A stretch of DNA of 64,000 nt from NCBI RefSeq assembly GCF_009914755.1, contig NC_060947.1; one strand, written 5' to 3'. This document shows positions 43,255-57,381 of the stretch, one piece after another. The notes under the pieces are model-generated. The model was given only the letters and a program-made list of their open reading frames with translations, was not told the DNA's origin and searched no databases. The translations under genes were made by a program, and so were the position numbers. The stretch's first letter is position 1. Each line of letters begins with the position of its first letter. The stretch is from the human T2T-CHM13v2.0 reference genome, Homo sapiens.

Positions 43255-43854
43255 TATTTGAACACTGCAGTACCAATGATGCTTCACAGTGCATTTGTGC
43301 ATGGTCCAAAGTGGAGGCAAAACTGGAAAAGTGCCAGCAAGCTGTTCCTTACAGCCTCTGATGGCCTTATAACCTCTGTCTGGCTTCTTATCCTCTAAGA
43401 CTTTGCCCTCCACACTTTATCTGATTTACAGCTGCTTGACAACAACCAAACTAAAAGGTTAACTCCATAACCGTACTTGGCCTCCTGAGTCTTCACAGGT
43501 ATTTTAAAAAATCATCATAGGTAATTATCCATCCTCTAAATAGAAAATCAAGATAATTCATGTTCATGCCTCTCATCATCTTTCAGCAGACATTCAGATA
43601 CCAGGTAAAAGTGGTCAATTTTGAGTTGTATGTGTCAAAGTAAATTGACAGTCTACTTAAGGGCTGGCTTTCTTCTCTGATAGATATTGCTATTCTCTGC
43701 TACTGAGAATTCACCCCGGGTAGATTTTGTAATCATTATTGTTTCTTTTCTTCTTTTTTCTTCAGCAATTCTTCTATTCACTGAGTACATTCTATGTAAT
43801 AGACATTGTGTGAGGTATTTGACAGTTAGAAGATCTGGACTTTTCCAGGCTTTG

Positions 43855-44869
43855 CCACTAATTAACACTGAATCTAAGATGTCATCAATTATAAGATGTA
43901 CCATTATTTATGTAACACTAAGAAACAAAAAGTACTTAAGTTATAATACTTCTTAATTACTTATAAATTTTATTGTATAGCTTTTAAAAGAAGTTTTTTA
44001 GACTTATTTAAGCACAGATTTTAATCATATTTCACTATTATGCATATATCTAAAAGGGAAATATGAATGGAATAAACTGATTTAATTCCTAAGGATTTTT
44101 CAAATTTATTGTCTAACTCTTTTGAATCATTTTTCGTTACAAAATTTCCATGTCCATGTTTTGGTTTTACGTCTGTGTCATACCATAGAGTACATATGAT
44201 CTTGTCCTCTATGTTTTCGAGAGCTCTGGTAACACAGCATTTCTTAAGATGGTGCTCCACTATTGTTCCTGCAATTTCCTTGCAAGCTGCTGACACTCAT
44301 TCTGCAAGTGCTGATATTGGCACATTCTTGCCTGATGAGGTGTAGGTAAAGCTTTTGGATGAACACGAATGGCAAAATCCAGCAGAGTTTCATCTACCTG
44401 TGGATATCTTCCTTTCCTAGATAACCATAAAGCAGTTGCTTGTTGCATTGAAAGAAAATGTAAAATTGTCATCATTCCTTCCATGACAGATATTTGTTTC
44501 ATTAATATCAAATTTACACCCTGCTGCTCTGTTTCTCCGCTTCTCTGTATTCACATTATCTTAATGTTTTAATACCAAATCATGGAATAATCCATTAAAG
44601 ATACTTCAAGTGCTAGTTAAATTTAAACTTAAATACCAGTTATATTTATTACTACATTGCTATGTGAACAAATAACACTACATATAAGTCTATTGAAATG
44701 GTAATATGAACACTGTGTGGTCAAGCTGGTGCCCATCCATGTGATAACTACGTGACAGTGCCCACCTGGCTGCCAATGATAGTAAGACACCACCAGCCAT
44801 TAGAAACATCTTGATTTCAGAATGTTAATATAGGGAAGTGGGAATATATCTTGGAATTGATGAAATATG
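43855..44869 (-). mobile_element. Ancient pogo/Tigger-class element with transposase remnants
   Basis: Minus-strand peptides RNRAAGCKFDINETNI (Brinker-like DBD), KGRYPQVDETLLDF (CENP-B-type HTH) and SAACKEIAGTIVEHHLKKCCVTRALENIED (DDE_1 C-terminus-like). Confidence 0.7.
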
Positions 44870-45263
44870 TAGATTTTAGATAAAGTCAAGAATGTGTTTA
44901 GATTTGTTCACTTAAGCATCAGTTCCAATGTTTCCCCTTTTCTCTATGTGGGATCATTAGTAGTTGCAAAGTGAGCTTGAGAAGGAAATCCAGGGATTCT
45001 ACCCACACTTTTGCATAATTTAAATAAAAATACTCAGTGTGATTGTGTTTCTTTCTGCTGATGTTAAGAACACAGCCTATGTAAAGCAGCAAGGTTTTAA
45101 GTCTAGTTCAGTCCCAGACATGGTTTAGGGAGCTTGATTTGAAGACAGACATCTCATTTCAGGACTCTTTTTTTCCTGGTTCTCTTCGTCTATTACAAAA
45201 GCACATCAAGGAAGCCTTTCTCTCAGAGAAAATCTGAATATTCACTAATAACACCTGAAATGG

Positions 45264-45602
<339 letters not shown>

Positions 45603-47623
45603 CTAGGATTATGTGCATTTTAATAGGGAACTCTGAAAGATAGAAAGAAGCCTTCAGAACCCAGAAGAGTTAGTCTCCCAAAGAGGATATGTGTGGGGTG
45701 ATATTTTGGTTGAGAGAGATTTCCTAGTGCACCTCCTTTTTCTGCCTACTCGTGAAGATGGCTCAGCTTCCTAACAGACATGTGGGTGTAAGCCACAGAT
45801 TTCCTCAGTGAATTGTCTCACCAGGGCCAGTCCCTGGGACTGGAGATTTGCTGAAAAGCTTCTTATTTTGAGATTAAAAAGAATGAAAGATATTTTTTGG
45901 AAGGCCAAGAATATCACGATCATGCCAGATATCCAAATTTCCCTAGCATTACTTTCTCATCTTTCAAATAATACGGTTAGATAGAGTAATCTCTAACATC
46001 CCTCCCTGCTCTCCCATTTTATCATTCTGTGTCATGATCCAGTGAAAAGAAAACTGGGAGAGAAGAGAGGATGACTGATTCCTGGTCCCAAATATGCCAT
46101 CACTTAGTTATTTAACCTAGTACAGGTCACTTAGCCTCTCTAAACCTCAATGGCAAAAGGAGAAAGTTGAAGAAAACTTTGTCTAAAATTCTATCAAGGT
46201 CTACATTCTGTCCAAAGCTTCCACTTGTAAGGGATCATGTCATTTCTACTCTTTGGAAACCCTCATTCAGAGATACATATCAAATGTTATTTTAGCTCAG
46301 AAAAAGAGAACTTAGAAAGAGAGTAAACAAAATCAAATGGAAACCAATTTTGGATTCTTTAGATGAGTATTACAGTAAAGAAAGGGGAAACTTTAAAAGT
46401 ATAAAATATAGAGAGGTTGTGGACCTAAAAGAATATCAACATAATGTACTATTTTATTTTGAAAGCCCTTTAATGAACATCCTTGGAAGGAAAATAAATA
46501 ACTATGCCATTGAGAAAGGTAGAGTTTACAGTGTGTTTAATCAGAAAAGCCTGCTACGAAAAGCTAAATCAAAACCCCTGCATGACAGAGTGTTGATGAC
46601 TTGCAAGGAGTGGCTACTGTTAGTAGCAGCAGCACCATGAAGTCCAAAGTGACAACAGATAAAGTGTAGCTCATTTGGAGTATGGGGTTTTGGGGCAGAA
46701 CATAGAGATGATAAGCTCCATAAACATAGCTCTGGTCAATAAATTAGGGGGAAGCTCTACTATATGCATCATGAAAACCAGTGAAAAGCTCTCGAGTATA
46801 TTGTTAGCAATGGAAAACATTTGTGGCCAAACCAACAATCATATTTAGGATACGATGCCAGAATTTCTGCCAGGCATCTTTGAAAGGGAATGTCTTTTTA
46901 AATAACATAATTTCAATTGACTGAAGAATGTGTTAATTCCTGCTGATGGTTCTTTGTGGTGTAATGAAAGTAATATCAGCATAATAATTAAGAAAGGACA
47001 GAATTCTTCACTGGTAGTCAATTATATGTGAGGGTGTGATGTTGTGCTGTGACCTCAAACAGGAGAAAAAGATTAGAACATAAAATTAACGTATGATAGT
47101 TGCAACCCTACAAGTAGGGGCCATGTTTGGATTATCTGTTTTCTCTCTTCACCCATAAATTCACCCTTTGAGCAATAAATAGCCAGCTCACATACAAGGC
47201 AATCTTCTGATTAGTTTTCACCTTGTTCCCCCAAAGCCACATAAAAAAGGTACCACTTTAGATGATGAAGCCAGACCTAATGGCCTAGCTGCATCATATA
47301 AAGGTTCCACACTGAATGAGCTGTGTGGATTCCAAAAGCTTAAAAAGCAATTCCTGGGTTTGAGTTTTCCATTAAAAGAGTTTTTTTTTTTTTCTTTAAA
47401 AGAGCCAATTTGAAATCTACTAAGATTCTTCATGATGTTATTCCTGTTCTGCTGTGTACCTGAAATGGTGACTCAATTTGTAGCCCATTAGACAACATGT
47501 GGGCTAAACCTTCAGAAAAATCAGAAAATGGACCCAGAGTCTGTATAACAATTCAATTAAAACTATATATTGATCTCATCTTATAATCTAGGCACTGGCA
47601 CAAGGGATATGGAGGAAAATCGA

Positions 47624-48953
47624 TGTATTAGTTATTTTTTTCTGTATGACAAATAGCTTCAAATATCTCAAGAACTTGCTGCAATGAATATTTGTTTGAT
47701 ACTCATGAGTCATAAGTTGGCTGTCATTTCAACGATCTCAGCCAGCCTAGGCCTAACACTACCTATGGTTCATGTCTGCTCCACATTGTAGAACTCAATC
47801 TGAAGATGCAGTGGCTCTTTGGGCCATGCTGTTTTCATGGATGGTAGGAGCTCAAAAGAGCTGGTGGAAACTTGCAATACATGTCAGTCATGAATTTATT
47901 GCCTCTCAACTCCAAATTCACCCTTCAGTACCTGCTCTGCAACAATAGCCTAGACTCTTAAATCATTTGTCCTTTATAGTAAACATGTCCTTTACAGTCA
48001 GCTTTGTCAGTAGAGGGACATTACAGGAGGAAGGGGCCTTCTTTTCCTGGTTCCATTGTGCTGATTTTTGCTTTTTCTTGCTTCTGCTGCATGGTGCATG
48101 TGTATAGGGACATCTAGTGGTGCTCTGTCCCAGCTATGTGCTGAGAGTGTACCAAAACTCAGTAATCCCACAGCCTGGCCCAGATCCAGTGATCTCCATG
48201 ACATGGCCCTCCTAAGGTGGACACTGGTGAACTCCAGGCCTCATGCTGGCAGTGATACCCCAGCTCTCTCTGCACACCCACCCAAGTGCCTTGGCTCACT
48301 GGTGCCCCAGTGATTAGTTTCTACAGCCCTCCCACAAAGGCACCATGTATCAAGGGCTGTGTACCACCCTGCCAGTGAGTGGACTGCAGATACCCTGACT
48401 CCCTCTATGCCCCAGCCTATCAGCCTCTGTGGCTGTGTGACTGTGGCCCAGCTCTGGTCAGGGCAACCCAGCAAACTTCTTCATTATCCAGTAGGCTGTG
48501 GCCACATCCTCTGCAATGAGGTCTAAACGCATCCTTGGGGAACAGGCCCTCTTCTAAGTTTTTCCTCCTTGATTCCTCTCTCTTCCTCCCCACTCCTCTT
48601 TGTCTCTCTCTCTAAGTTATCCCTTAGAGTTACTTTTATGTCTTTATATTAAACTTCTGCACCACAAACCTTACCCTGTTTACCATGCTTTTCCTGGCCA
48701 CCTCCTCGTTACTGGCCTCCCAACACGCTTCTTTCTTGATTTCAGTTAAAGATGATATTTAAGTCTGAAATCAAAGCCATCTCTTAAAGAGTTACTCATT
48801 TCCCTTGTGTATCTCCCATGTATACATGAGGTATACATGCTATTAAACTTCTGTTGGATTTTCTCTTGTTAATCTGTCTTTTGTTAAAGACATCCATCTC
48901 AATGAAGAACTCAGAAGGATAGAGGAGAAAATTATTTTTTCCTCCCCTCCACA
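47624..48953. mobile_element. Cluster of old LTR fragments: MLT1-like (47624-47881, -), LTR33-like (47882-48660, +), MER34-like (48660-48953, +)
   Basis: tgtattagtta... start; tgtcagtcatgaatttattgcctctca.ctccaaattcacccttc; attaaacttctgtt...ttttctcttgttaatctgtcttttgtta. Confidence 0.6.
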
Positions 48954-50100
48954 AACATATGAGAAGTGAACCTCCAGCATTAGATTTTCAAAAATGAATA
49001 AGACATTATCATATGCCTCAAAGAGCTTCAAGTCTCATAGAGAAAACCTGCATATAAATGCATAATTTATAGGCCCAAAATTATAAAGTGAAACGCTGGA
49101 CGTGTAAGTATAGAGTTAACAACAACAAAAAAGTATCAAGAAAATTGTGGAGGGAGGAACATCTGATCTGATCACGAGTCAAGAAGACCCATGGTGAATA
49201 GCAAGGTTGTGCGCAGAGTTAGACTTAAGGGGGAAGGGATGAAAGAGGCAGAAGGAATACAAACCATAGGAAGGCCAGAAAGAGTCATATCATGAGCTGA
49301 CATTTGTATAGCATTTCCCACATTTCAAATTATAATCACACCCCACTATCCTATTTGATTTTTAATGAACTCATTGAAGTTAAACTATAGTGCCAATGCA
49401 CAGAAATGTTTCCCAGTTGATGGGAAACATCTTGAAATGAATCCAAGCTTAGATTATTTCTGCTCAATGTAGAGCAAGAGTTGAAAACTGTTTTTATGTG
49501 AGAAAAAGACTATATATTAGCCCCAAGTGGGAATTGAGAAGAAAAATGTTCTATCCATTCAAATTGTTTCTAAACATAAATCAAATGTGACATTGGCCCC
49601 TGAGATATTATGAGCAGCATGGTATCATCCTTGTTTCTAACCAGAGAAATGTTATTGTTTTAAAATTCTGCCAAAATTCCCCAGGGAGCAATATTTCCTT
49701 CGTTTGTGCTTTTATTTCTCCCTCTCTGGAAGAAGCTACAATAACATTGTCTTACAGTCTTGTTTCCGCATACACACGTGCATATATTCTCCTCATTCTC
49801 CAAAAATGGAACCCATATTTCAAGGGTCAGTCAAGGCCCACTCCTCTGCTTCATTTCATCCTTTTTCAGAACTCCCACTTCTCATACCCTGCTCCCATAG
49901 CTGGCTGTGAACCATAAAAAATTTTTTTCTGGGCCCCACTTGAATTTCACAATCTCTGGGGCTGGGTCTGCATGTTAGTTTCCCATATGATTTTAATGTG
50001 GCCCAGCATCCATCAGCTGGGAACCATCAATTAATAAACATCACATGATTAATACTGTACTTAATTGTCTGATTTATATATGTTACTGTATGTTCTATAT

Positions 50101-50513
<413 letters not shown>

Positions 50514-50640
50514 TAATTTTAATTCTTATAACAACCTTAGGAGATAGTATGATTATTTGAGGAAACTAGAGAGGTTGGAAAAGTTACACAAGGTCATACA
50601 GCTACTAGCTGGCAGAACTGGGTCTAGAACCCAGATCTAG
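50514..50640 (-). mobile_element. MIR fragment
   Basis: ttaattcttataacaacc...gaggaaact...caaggtcatacagcta...gaacccag. Confidence 0.75.
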
Positions 50641-52384
50641 GAGGAAGAAGGAGGAGAGTAAATACCACTCTCCCAGCACTCTTTCCATTGATTTACCTTC
50701 TAGTTCTCTTATCCTACCATAAATCATTTCACCAAAGAGTTATTTCTCCCTTTCATGTATTCCCTGCCCCTGTCCTATTCTTAGATATACTTAAAAGAGA
50801 GCCAAGAGTCCCCAACACTGAGAATCACCTTAGCTCATCCCATACTCCAGCCTTCTTTTTTATCTTTTAGTGCAGCCAGCCCCACCCTGCAGTTTAGGCT
50901 GCTCTCATAGAGATGGCATAAGGATAATTTTGATTTGATAAGACAGATTAAAGGATAATGTTCAAAAAAGGTAAAATCATCACTCTTATGCAAGTATAAA
51001 ATGATTACATCACATATTTTTATTTAACCCATCAATTAACAGGGACCTGGAAAAGATGTTACAACCAGTTCATAGAAGAAGGCAAAGAACCATAAATGTA
51101 TGTACAGTTGTTGAAATAAGTTTGCAAAAAAGTGGTCTAACCATTGGGCAGTAATGAATTGCATTTCACTAGACACAGCTAATTTGCATTTCTATGTAAT
51201 GTAATAAGTATTTACATTGCCATCAGTTTTCCACCAGTTAACATCTATCTCTTCAGAGTCATATAATAGCCTAGACAAAGGCAAAGGCGCACACCCTTGT
51301 GGCAAGAGATAATCCCCAGAGGTTCCAGCATTTCATTAAAAAAATAGTAGTTTCTTTTGTCCTATAGGAACCAAGAAAGGAAACATCCTCTTTGCCCTCT
51401 AAAGGTTCAACTGAATAGCAACTGACAAAAGGCAGATTAACAGGAGAAAAGGCATGCAAATTTATTAACCTGTATGGGAGAGAATCACAGAGTGATTACT
51501 CCACCCCCCAATGGGATATAGAACCTTATATACCCTTTTTCTGTAGAGGAGGGAGGAGATGGGAAATGTAGACAATTATTTTGAGGGACAATAAGAGATT
51601 ATTAGGAAGAATGAATGAACCAGAGATAAATTAACTTATACGTGAATCTCTTTGGAATTTTAATGAACCCAAGAGGCAGGCATTATCTCATGGAAAAGTT
51701 CATCCAGGTGTGGCTGCATTCTTCCGTCTTCTTTTCTGCAATAGATAAGGTAACTGGGAGGGGATAGAAGACAGTTGTGTTTCTTTTGATAATAAATTTT
51801 CTTGGTCAGATAAGGAACTTCCAGAGAGAGTTCTTCCCTACACTGGGTGGGAGAGGAACAAGGTTAGAGGGACCTTGATTCTGAGGCTTATTTCTGAGGC
51901 CTTTCAATTTTCAAAAGCATTTAGCATGCCCGAGTGCCATGTCTTAGTCCATTTGTGTTGCTATAAAGGAAAACCTGAGGCTGAGTAATTTATAAAGACA
52001 AGAAGTTTATTTGGCTCATGGTTCTCCTGGCTGAAAGATTGGGCATCTGGTGAAAGCCTCAGACTGCTTTCACTCAAGGCAGAAGGCAAACGGGAGCCAG
52101 TGTGTGCAGAGATCACATAGTGAGTGAGGAAGCAAAAAGACACGGGGAGGGAGGGGTGCCTCACTCTTTTTAACAAGTTCTTGCAGGAACTAATAGAGTG
52201 AAAACTCACTCATTACTGTGAGGGTGGCGCCCAGACATTCATGACAGATATGCCACCATGACCCAGTAATCTCTCATTAGGTTCAACTTCCAACATTGGG
52301 AATCAAATTTTAACATGAGATTTTTGTAGGGTCTGTGAAATAAAATATTTCAAACTTAAAATAATTCATACTTAAAGCTGTTAG

Positions 52385-52766
52385 TGTCACACGCATCTGT
52401 GTGAAGAGACCACCAAACAGCCTTTGTGTTAGCAACAAGGCTGTTTATTTCACCTGGGTGCAGGCAGGCTGAGTCCGAAAAAGGAGTCAGCAAAGGGTGG
52501 TGGGATTATCACTGGTTCTTATAGGTTTGGGATAGGCGTACAAAGTACATTCTCAAGAGCGGGGAGAATATTACAAAGTACCTTCTTAAGGGCAGGGGAG
52601 AATATATGTATCAGGGTGGGGCAGGAACAAATCACAATGGTGGAATGTCATCAGTTAAGGCTATTTTCAGTGATTTTGTGGATCTTCCGTTGCTTCAGGC
52701 CATCTGGATGTATACATGCAGGTCACAGGGGATATGATGGCTGAGCTTGGGCTCAGAGGCCTGACA
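52385..52766 (-). mobile_element. HERV-H 3' LTR (LTR7B-like)
   Basis: TGTCAGGCCTCTGAGCCC start on the minus strand; short repeats ggggagaatat.acaaagta..ttct.aag that are absent from the provirus 1 LTRs. Confidence 0.93.
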
Positions 52767-53092
52767 TTCCTGTCTTCTTATATTAATAAGAAAAACAAAA
52801 CAATACAGTGGTGAAGTGCTGGGGCAGCGAACATTTTTTGGGGTGGTATGGAGAGATAACGGACGATGTTTCCCAGGGCTGCTTCGAGCGAGATTAGGGT
52901 CAGCGTGGGAACCTAGAGTGGGAGAGATTAAACTGAAGAAAGATTTTGGGGTAAGGGGTGATATTGTGGGGTTGTTAGAAGGAGCATTTGTCGTATAGAA
53001 TGATTGGTGATGGCCTGGATGTGGTTTTTATATGAATTGAGAAACTAAACAGAAGACACAAGGTCCAAATAAAAGAAGGAGAAAAATAGGTA

Positions 53093-53460
53093 TTAAAGGA
53101 CTAAGAATTGGGAGTACCCAGGACATCCAATTAGAGAGTGTCCAAGGGGGTTCAACGTAATTATTTGCTTGGTTGGAGAGTTTTTGGGCTCTATCCTTGA
53201 GTTTTTTTTAATGTTGACATATACCAGGCCAGATTGATTTAGGTAAAAACAACACTCTTCATTTAAAAATATACAGAGTCCTCCTTTTTCAGCAGTGAGT
53301 AAATCGAGGCCTCGGTGATTTTGGAGGAAAGAGAAATGCAAAGCCAGCAATTGTTTGTTAAAGAAGGATTAGAAATGGCTAGGAGAGAGTGAGTGAGATT
53401 GATAGTGTGGTGGAGATAGCTGGGGAAAGGTAGAGGGTGGCATAAGAACGGGAACGAGAA
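53093..53460 (-). pseudogene. HERV-H env remnant (SU CWLC motif fused to the TM immunosuppressive domain)
   Basis: NNCWLCISLSS in ORF 53263-53538; LQNHRGLDLLTAEKGGL and CIFLNEECC (CX6CC) in ORF 53093-53350. Confidence 0.88.
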
Positions 53461-53589
53461 TAAGAGTGAGTATAAAAGTAAAGAATAGGACTTCATCAGG
53501 GTGAAAGTGTTGGAGTGTGTCCTGTCAGCAAAGATCATCTATCCACTCCAAGAGGGAGTCAAGAGTGGCGGATTGGGGATAGATTTTCA

Positions 53590-56500
53590 CAATGGAAAGG
53601 AAATGAGAAGTTTTAAGAGGCAGGCTAATGGCTTGTAACCTACATGGAAGAGGTTATGAATACAACAGGCCTGTGAGGCTGGAAGGAGATACAAATTTTT
53701 TTGGTTTAAGAACCATCTGCCTTGAGTGGAGAGGGAGTGATAGGTGGAAACTTCAGTGGGAGAGTAAATAGGAGTGACCAATGAGAAGGAGAAAAACTGG
53801 CCATGAGGGACAGAAGTTGGAAAGCTAGCTGCTTCTTTAGCGACCTTATCAGCATAAGTGTTGCCCTGAGCAATGGGATCTGATGGCTTTTCATGGCCCT
53901 TGCAGTGAATGACTCCAGCTTCCTTTGGAAGTAAAGCAGCTTTAAGCAGGGTTTTTATTAAGGAGGCATTAATGATGGGGGACTCTTATGTAGTGAGGAA
54001 ATTTCTTTCTGCCCATATAACAGCATGGTGGTACTGGATATGGAAGGCATATTTAGAATCAGTATAAATATTGACAAGTAGTCCCTTTGCAAGAGTGAGG
54101 GCCTGAGTTAAGGCAATGAGTTTGGCTTGCTGAGAGGTAGTGGAGGGGGGCAGGGCAGTAGCCTCAATGATAAATGTGGAAGATACTATAGCATAGCCTG
54201 CCTTTGCTGGTGTGTGGCGATTAGGCCTGGTGGAACTGCCATCAATAAACCAAGTGTGATCAGGGTGAGGAACAGGAAAGAAGGAAATATGGGGAAATGG
54301 AATGAATGTCAGGTGGATCAGAGAGATACAGTCATGGGGGTCAGGTGTGGTATCAGGAATAATGTGGGAGGCCGGATTGAAGTCTGGGCCAGCAACAATG
54401 GTGATTGTGGAAGACTCAACAAAGAGTGAGTATAGCTGAAGGGTCTTGGGGGCAGAAAGTATATGCGTTAAGTGTGAGGAAGAAAATAGATTTTGAAAGT
54501 TATGGGAACTGTAGAGAGTAAGTGGAGCATAGCTTGTGATTTTGAGGGCCTCTAAAAGTATTAAAGCAGTGGCAGCCACTGCATGCAAACATGAGGGCTA
54601 GGCTAAAACAGTAAGGTCAAGTTGTTGGGACAGAAAGGCTACAGGGTGCAGTCCTGGCTCTTGTGTAAGAATTCTGACCACACAGCCCTACACTTTGGCT
54701 GTGTGTAATGAAAAGGGTTGGGATGAGTTAGGGAGTGCTAGTGTGGGAGCAGCTTTTAGGGCTGTTTTTTAAGGAATGGAAAGGGGAGTGGGGAAAGGAT
54801 TTAGGATTTATGGGGTCAACTAGGTTTATCTAGAACAGAATAACGGGTTGTGGAGGAGATGTTGAGGATAGGAGAGTATATGGGTTTGGCACCACGGGGT
54901 GGATAGGCAAGACAATTTGGTTGATAAGGCACAGACCCTGAACTAACCTGTAAGACTTGTCCAGTTTTTGGACAGGTAAAATGGGGGAATTGTAAGGGGG
55001 AGTTTATAGGCTTTAAAAGGCCAGGCTGTAGCAGGCAAATGATAACAGGCTTTAATCCTTTTAAAGTGTGCTGTGGGATGGGATATTGGCATTTAGCGGG
55101 GTAAGGGTGATTAGGTTTTAATGGGATGGTAAGGGGTGCATGATCGGTTGCCAAGGAGGGAGTAGAGGTGTCCCATACTTGTGGATTAAGGTGGGGAGAT
55201 ACAAGGGGAGGATGTGAAGGAGATTTGAACTGGGGAAAAAGGCGGCAATGAGGTGTGGCTGTAGCCTAGGAATAGTCAGGGAAGCAGATAATTTAGTTAA
55301 AATGTCTTGACCTAATAAGGGAGCTGGGCAGGTGAGGATAACTGAAAAAGAGTGCATAAAAGAATGTTGTCCAAGTTGGCATCAGAGTTGGGGAGTTTTA
55401 AGAGGTTTAGAAGACTGGCCGTCAATACCCACAACAGTTATGGAGGCAAAGGAAACAGGCCCTTGAAAAGAAGGTAATGTAGAGTGGGTAGCCTCCATAT
55501 TGATTAAGAAGGGGACGGACTTACCCTCCACTGTAAGAGTTACCCAAAGTGTCTGTGACGGTCCAGGAGGCTTCTGAGGCGATCGGGCAGTGTCAGTCTT
55601 CAGCCACTCAGCCAAGAAGATCTGGGAAGGAGTCAGAGAGCCTTGGGCCAGAGTTCCAGCGGCTCTGGGAGTGGCTGCCAGGTGAGCTGGACAGTCCGAT
55701 TTCCAGTGGGGTCCCACACAGATGGGATGCAGCTTAGGAGGAATCCTGGGCTGCAGGCATTCCTCAGCCCAGTGGCCAGATTTCCAGCACTTAAAGCAAG
55801 CTCCTGGGGGAGGCGATCCTGGAGGAATGCCTGGCCACTGCGGTTCAGATGTTTTGAAGTTCTTGTGTGCTGGAGATGTGGCTGGGGTTTCTCTCACAGC
55901 AGAGGCAAGTAATTGCAACTCTTCTCTCTTATTGCACACCTTGAAGGCAGGGTCAATTAAGTCCTGTTGTGGGGTTGAGGGCCAGAATCTAATTTTTGGA
56001 GCTTTTTCTAATGTCGGGAGTGGGTTGGGTAATAAAATGCATATTGAGAATAAGACGGCCTTCTGGGCCCTCTGGGTCTAAGGCAGTAAAGTGTCTAAGG
56101 GTTGTTGCCAAACGGGCCATGAACTGGGCTGGGTTTTTATATTTGATGAAAAAGAGCCTAAACGCTAACTGATTTGGGAGAGGTTGGATAAAGAAAAAGG
56201 AGCATTAACCTTGGCTATGCCTTCAGCTCCAGCTACCTCTCTAAAAGAAAATTGTTGGGCAGGTTGGGGAGGGCTAGTCGTGGAATGAAACTGTAAGCCA
56301 GACCTGGCGTGAGGAGGGGAGGTAATAGGAGGGTTATAGGGTGGGGGAGTGGAGGCTGAAGAAGAGTTGGGACCTGGCTCGGCCTGGCGACGAGCAGCTT
56401 GAGGAGAAGGGGAGAGGTCAGATGAGTCCGTAGAAAAGAAGCATTCAAAGGACTCAGAACTTGGGGTGGAGACTGAAGGAACAGACAGGAGAGAAAGAAG

Positions 56501-56819
56501 AAAGATTTGGAACGAGTCGCATTGGGAGGAGAGACTAGGGAGGGACTGATGTGTAAAAGAATGCCTGGACGTCAGGCACCTCAGACCATTTGCCCATTTT
56601 TCGACAAAAATCATCCAGGTCTTGTAAAATGGAGAAATCAAAAGTGCTGTTTTCTGGCTACTTGGAACTATTGTCGAGTTTGTACTGGGGCCAAGCGGCA
56701 TAGCAGAAGAAAATAAGATGTTAAGGTTTTAGGTCAGGTGTGAGTTGAAGAGGTTTTAAGTTTTTGAGAACACAGGCTAAGGGAGAAGAAGGAGGAATGG
56801 AGGGTGGAAGGTTGCCCAT
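53590..56819 (-). pseudogene. Defective HERV-H gag-pro-pol remnants (provirus 2)
   Basis: Gag start MGNLPPSIPP (ATG 56819) with an early stop; zinc knuckle CFKCWKSGHWAEEC; protease-like LINMEAT; RNase H WFIDGSS...QQAKLIAL...NIYTDSKYAF (53986-54588). Confidence 0.88.
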
Positions 56820-57363
56820 AGTGAAGGAGGCAAGCCCAGAGAAAAGAGAGGGTAGAGACATGGAGAAGGGGGTTGGGGATGAGCAGCCCTGGGCTGCAAT
56901 GTGGGTGAGCAGCCAAAGCAGGCGTCCCTGCAATTGACTTGCCACCAAGGAAATGTGGGTGAATGACCAAGGCAGGCATCCCCACAATGATCAGACACCA
57001 ATGAAATGTGGGTGAATAATCAGGCAGGTGTCCTCGCAGTGATTAAACACCAAGGGAAGACTGTCTTCTCAAGTCCGTGACCGGCTCCGGAGTTTTGGGT
57101 CCATGGATAAAATGTGTCTCCTTGTCTCTACTAGAGGGGAAAAAGAACTGGAATTGGAAGGACAGGGAGATTGAAGGGTAGCGAGAGAGGAAGATTGAAG
57201 GGTAGCAAGAGAGGCTGGAGAAGAGTGAACAGACGGCTTACCTGATTTGAAATTGGTGAGATGTTCCTTGCGCTGGTTGGTCAGAGGGCCCAAGGTCATA
57301 GGTGGATCTCCTCATGGAGTGAGGATGAGGACAGGGGACTGCTCTCCCGAAGGAGTCCTCCTG

Positions 57364-57381
57364 TCCCGGGTTTTGGCACCA
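57364..57381 (-). promoter_or_regulatory. Primer binding site, tRNA-Phe
   Basis: Minus strand TGGTGCCAAAACCCGGGA versus tRNA-Phe(GAA) complement TGGTGCCGAAACCCGGGA: 17/18, the mismatch being a CpG transition. Confidence 0.88.

Noticed and set aside
46350-46640. 96-aa ORF in apparently unique sequence
   Set aside because: Starts at TTG, has no recognisable motif and no convincing splice context.
55382-56701. Long HERV-H gag/pro ORFs (185 and 178 aa) as possible functional retroviral genes
   Set aside because: Gag terminates shortly after its ATG, the frames are broken and the protease motif lacks the catalytic Asp; annotated as remnants only.
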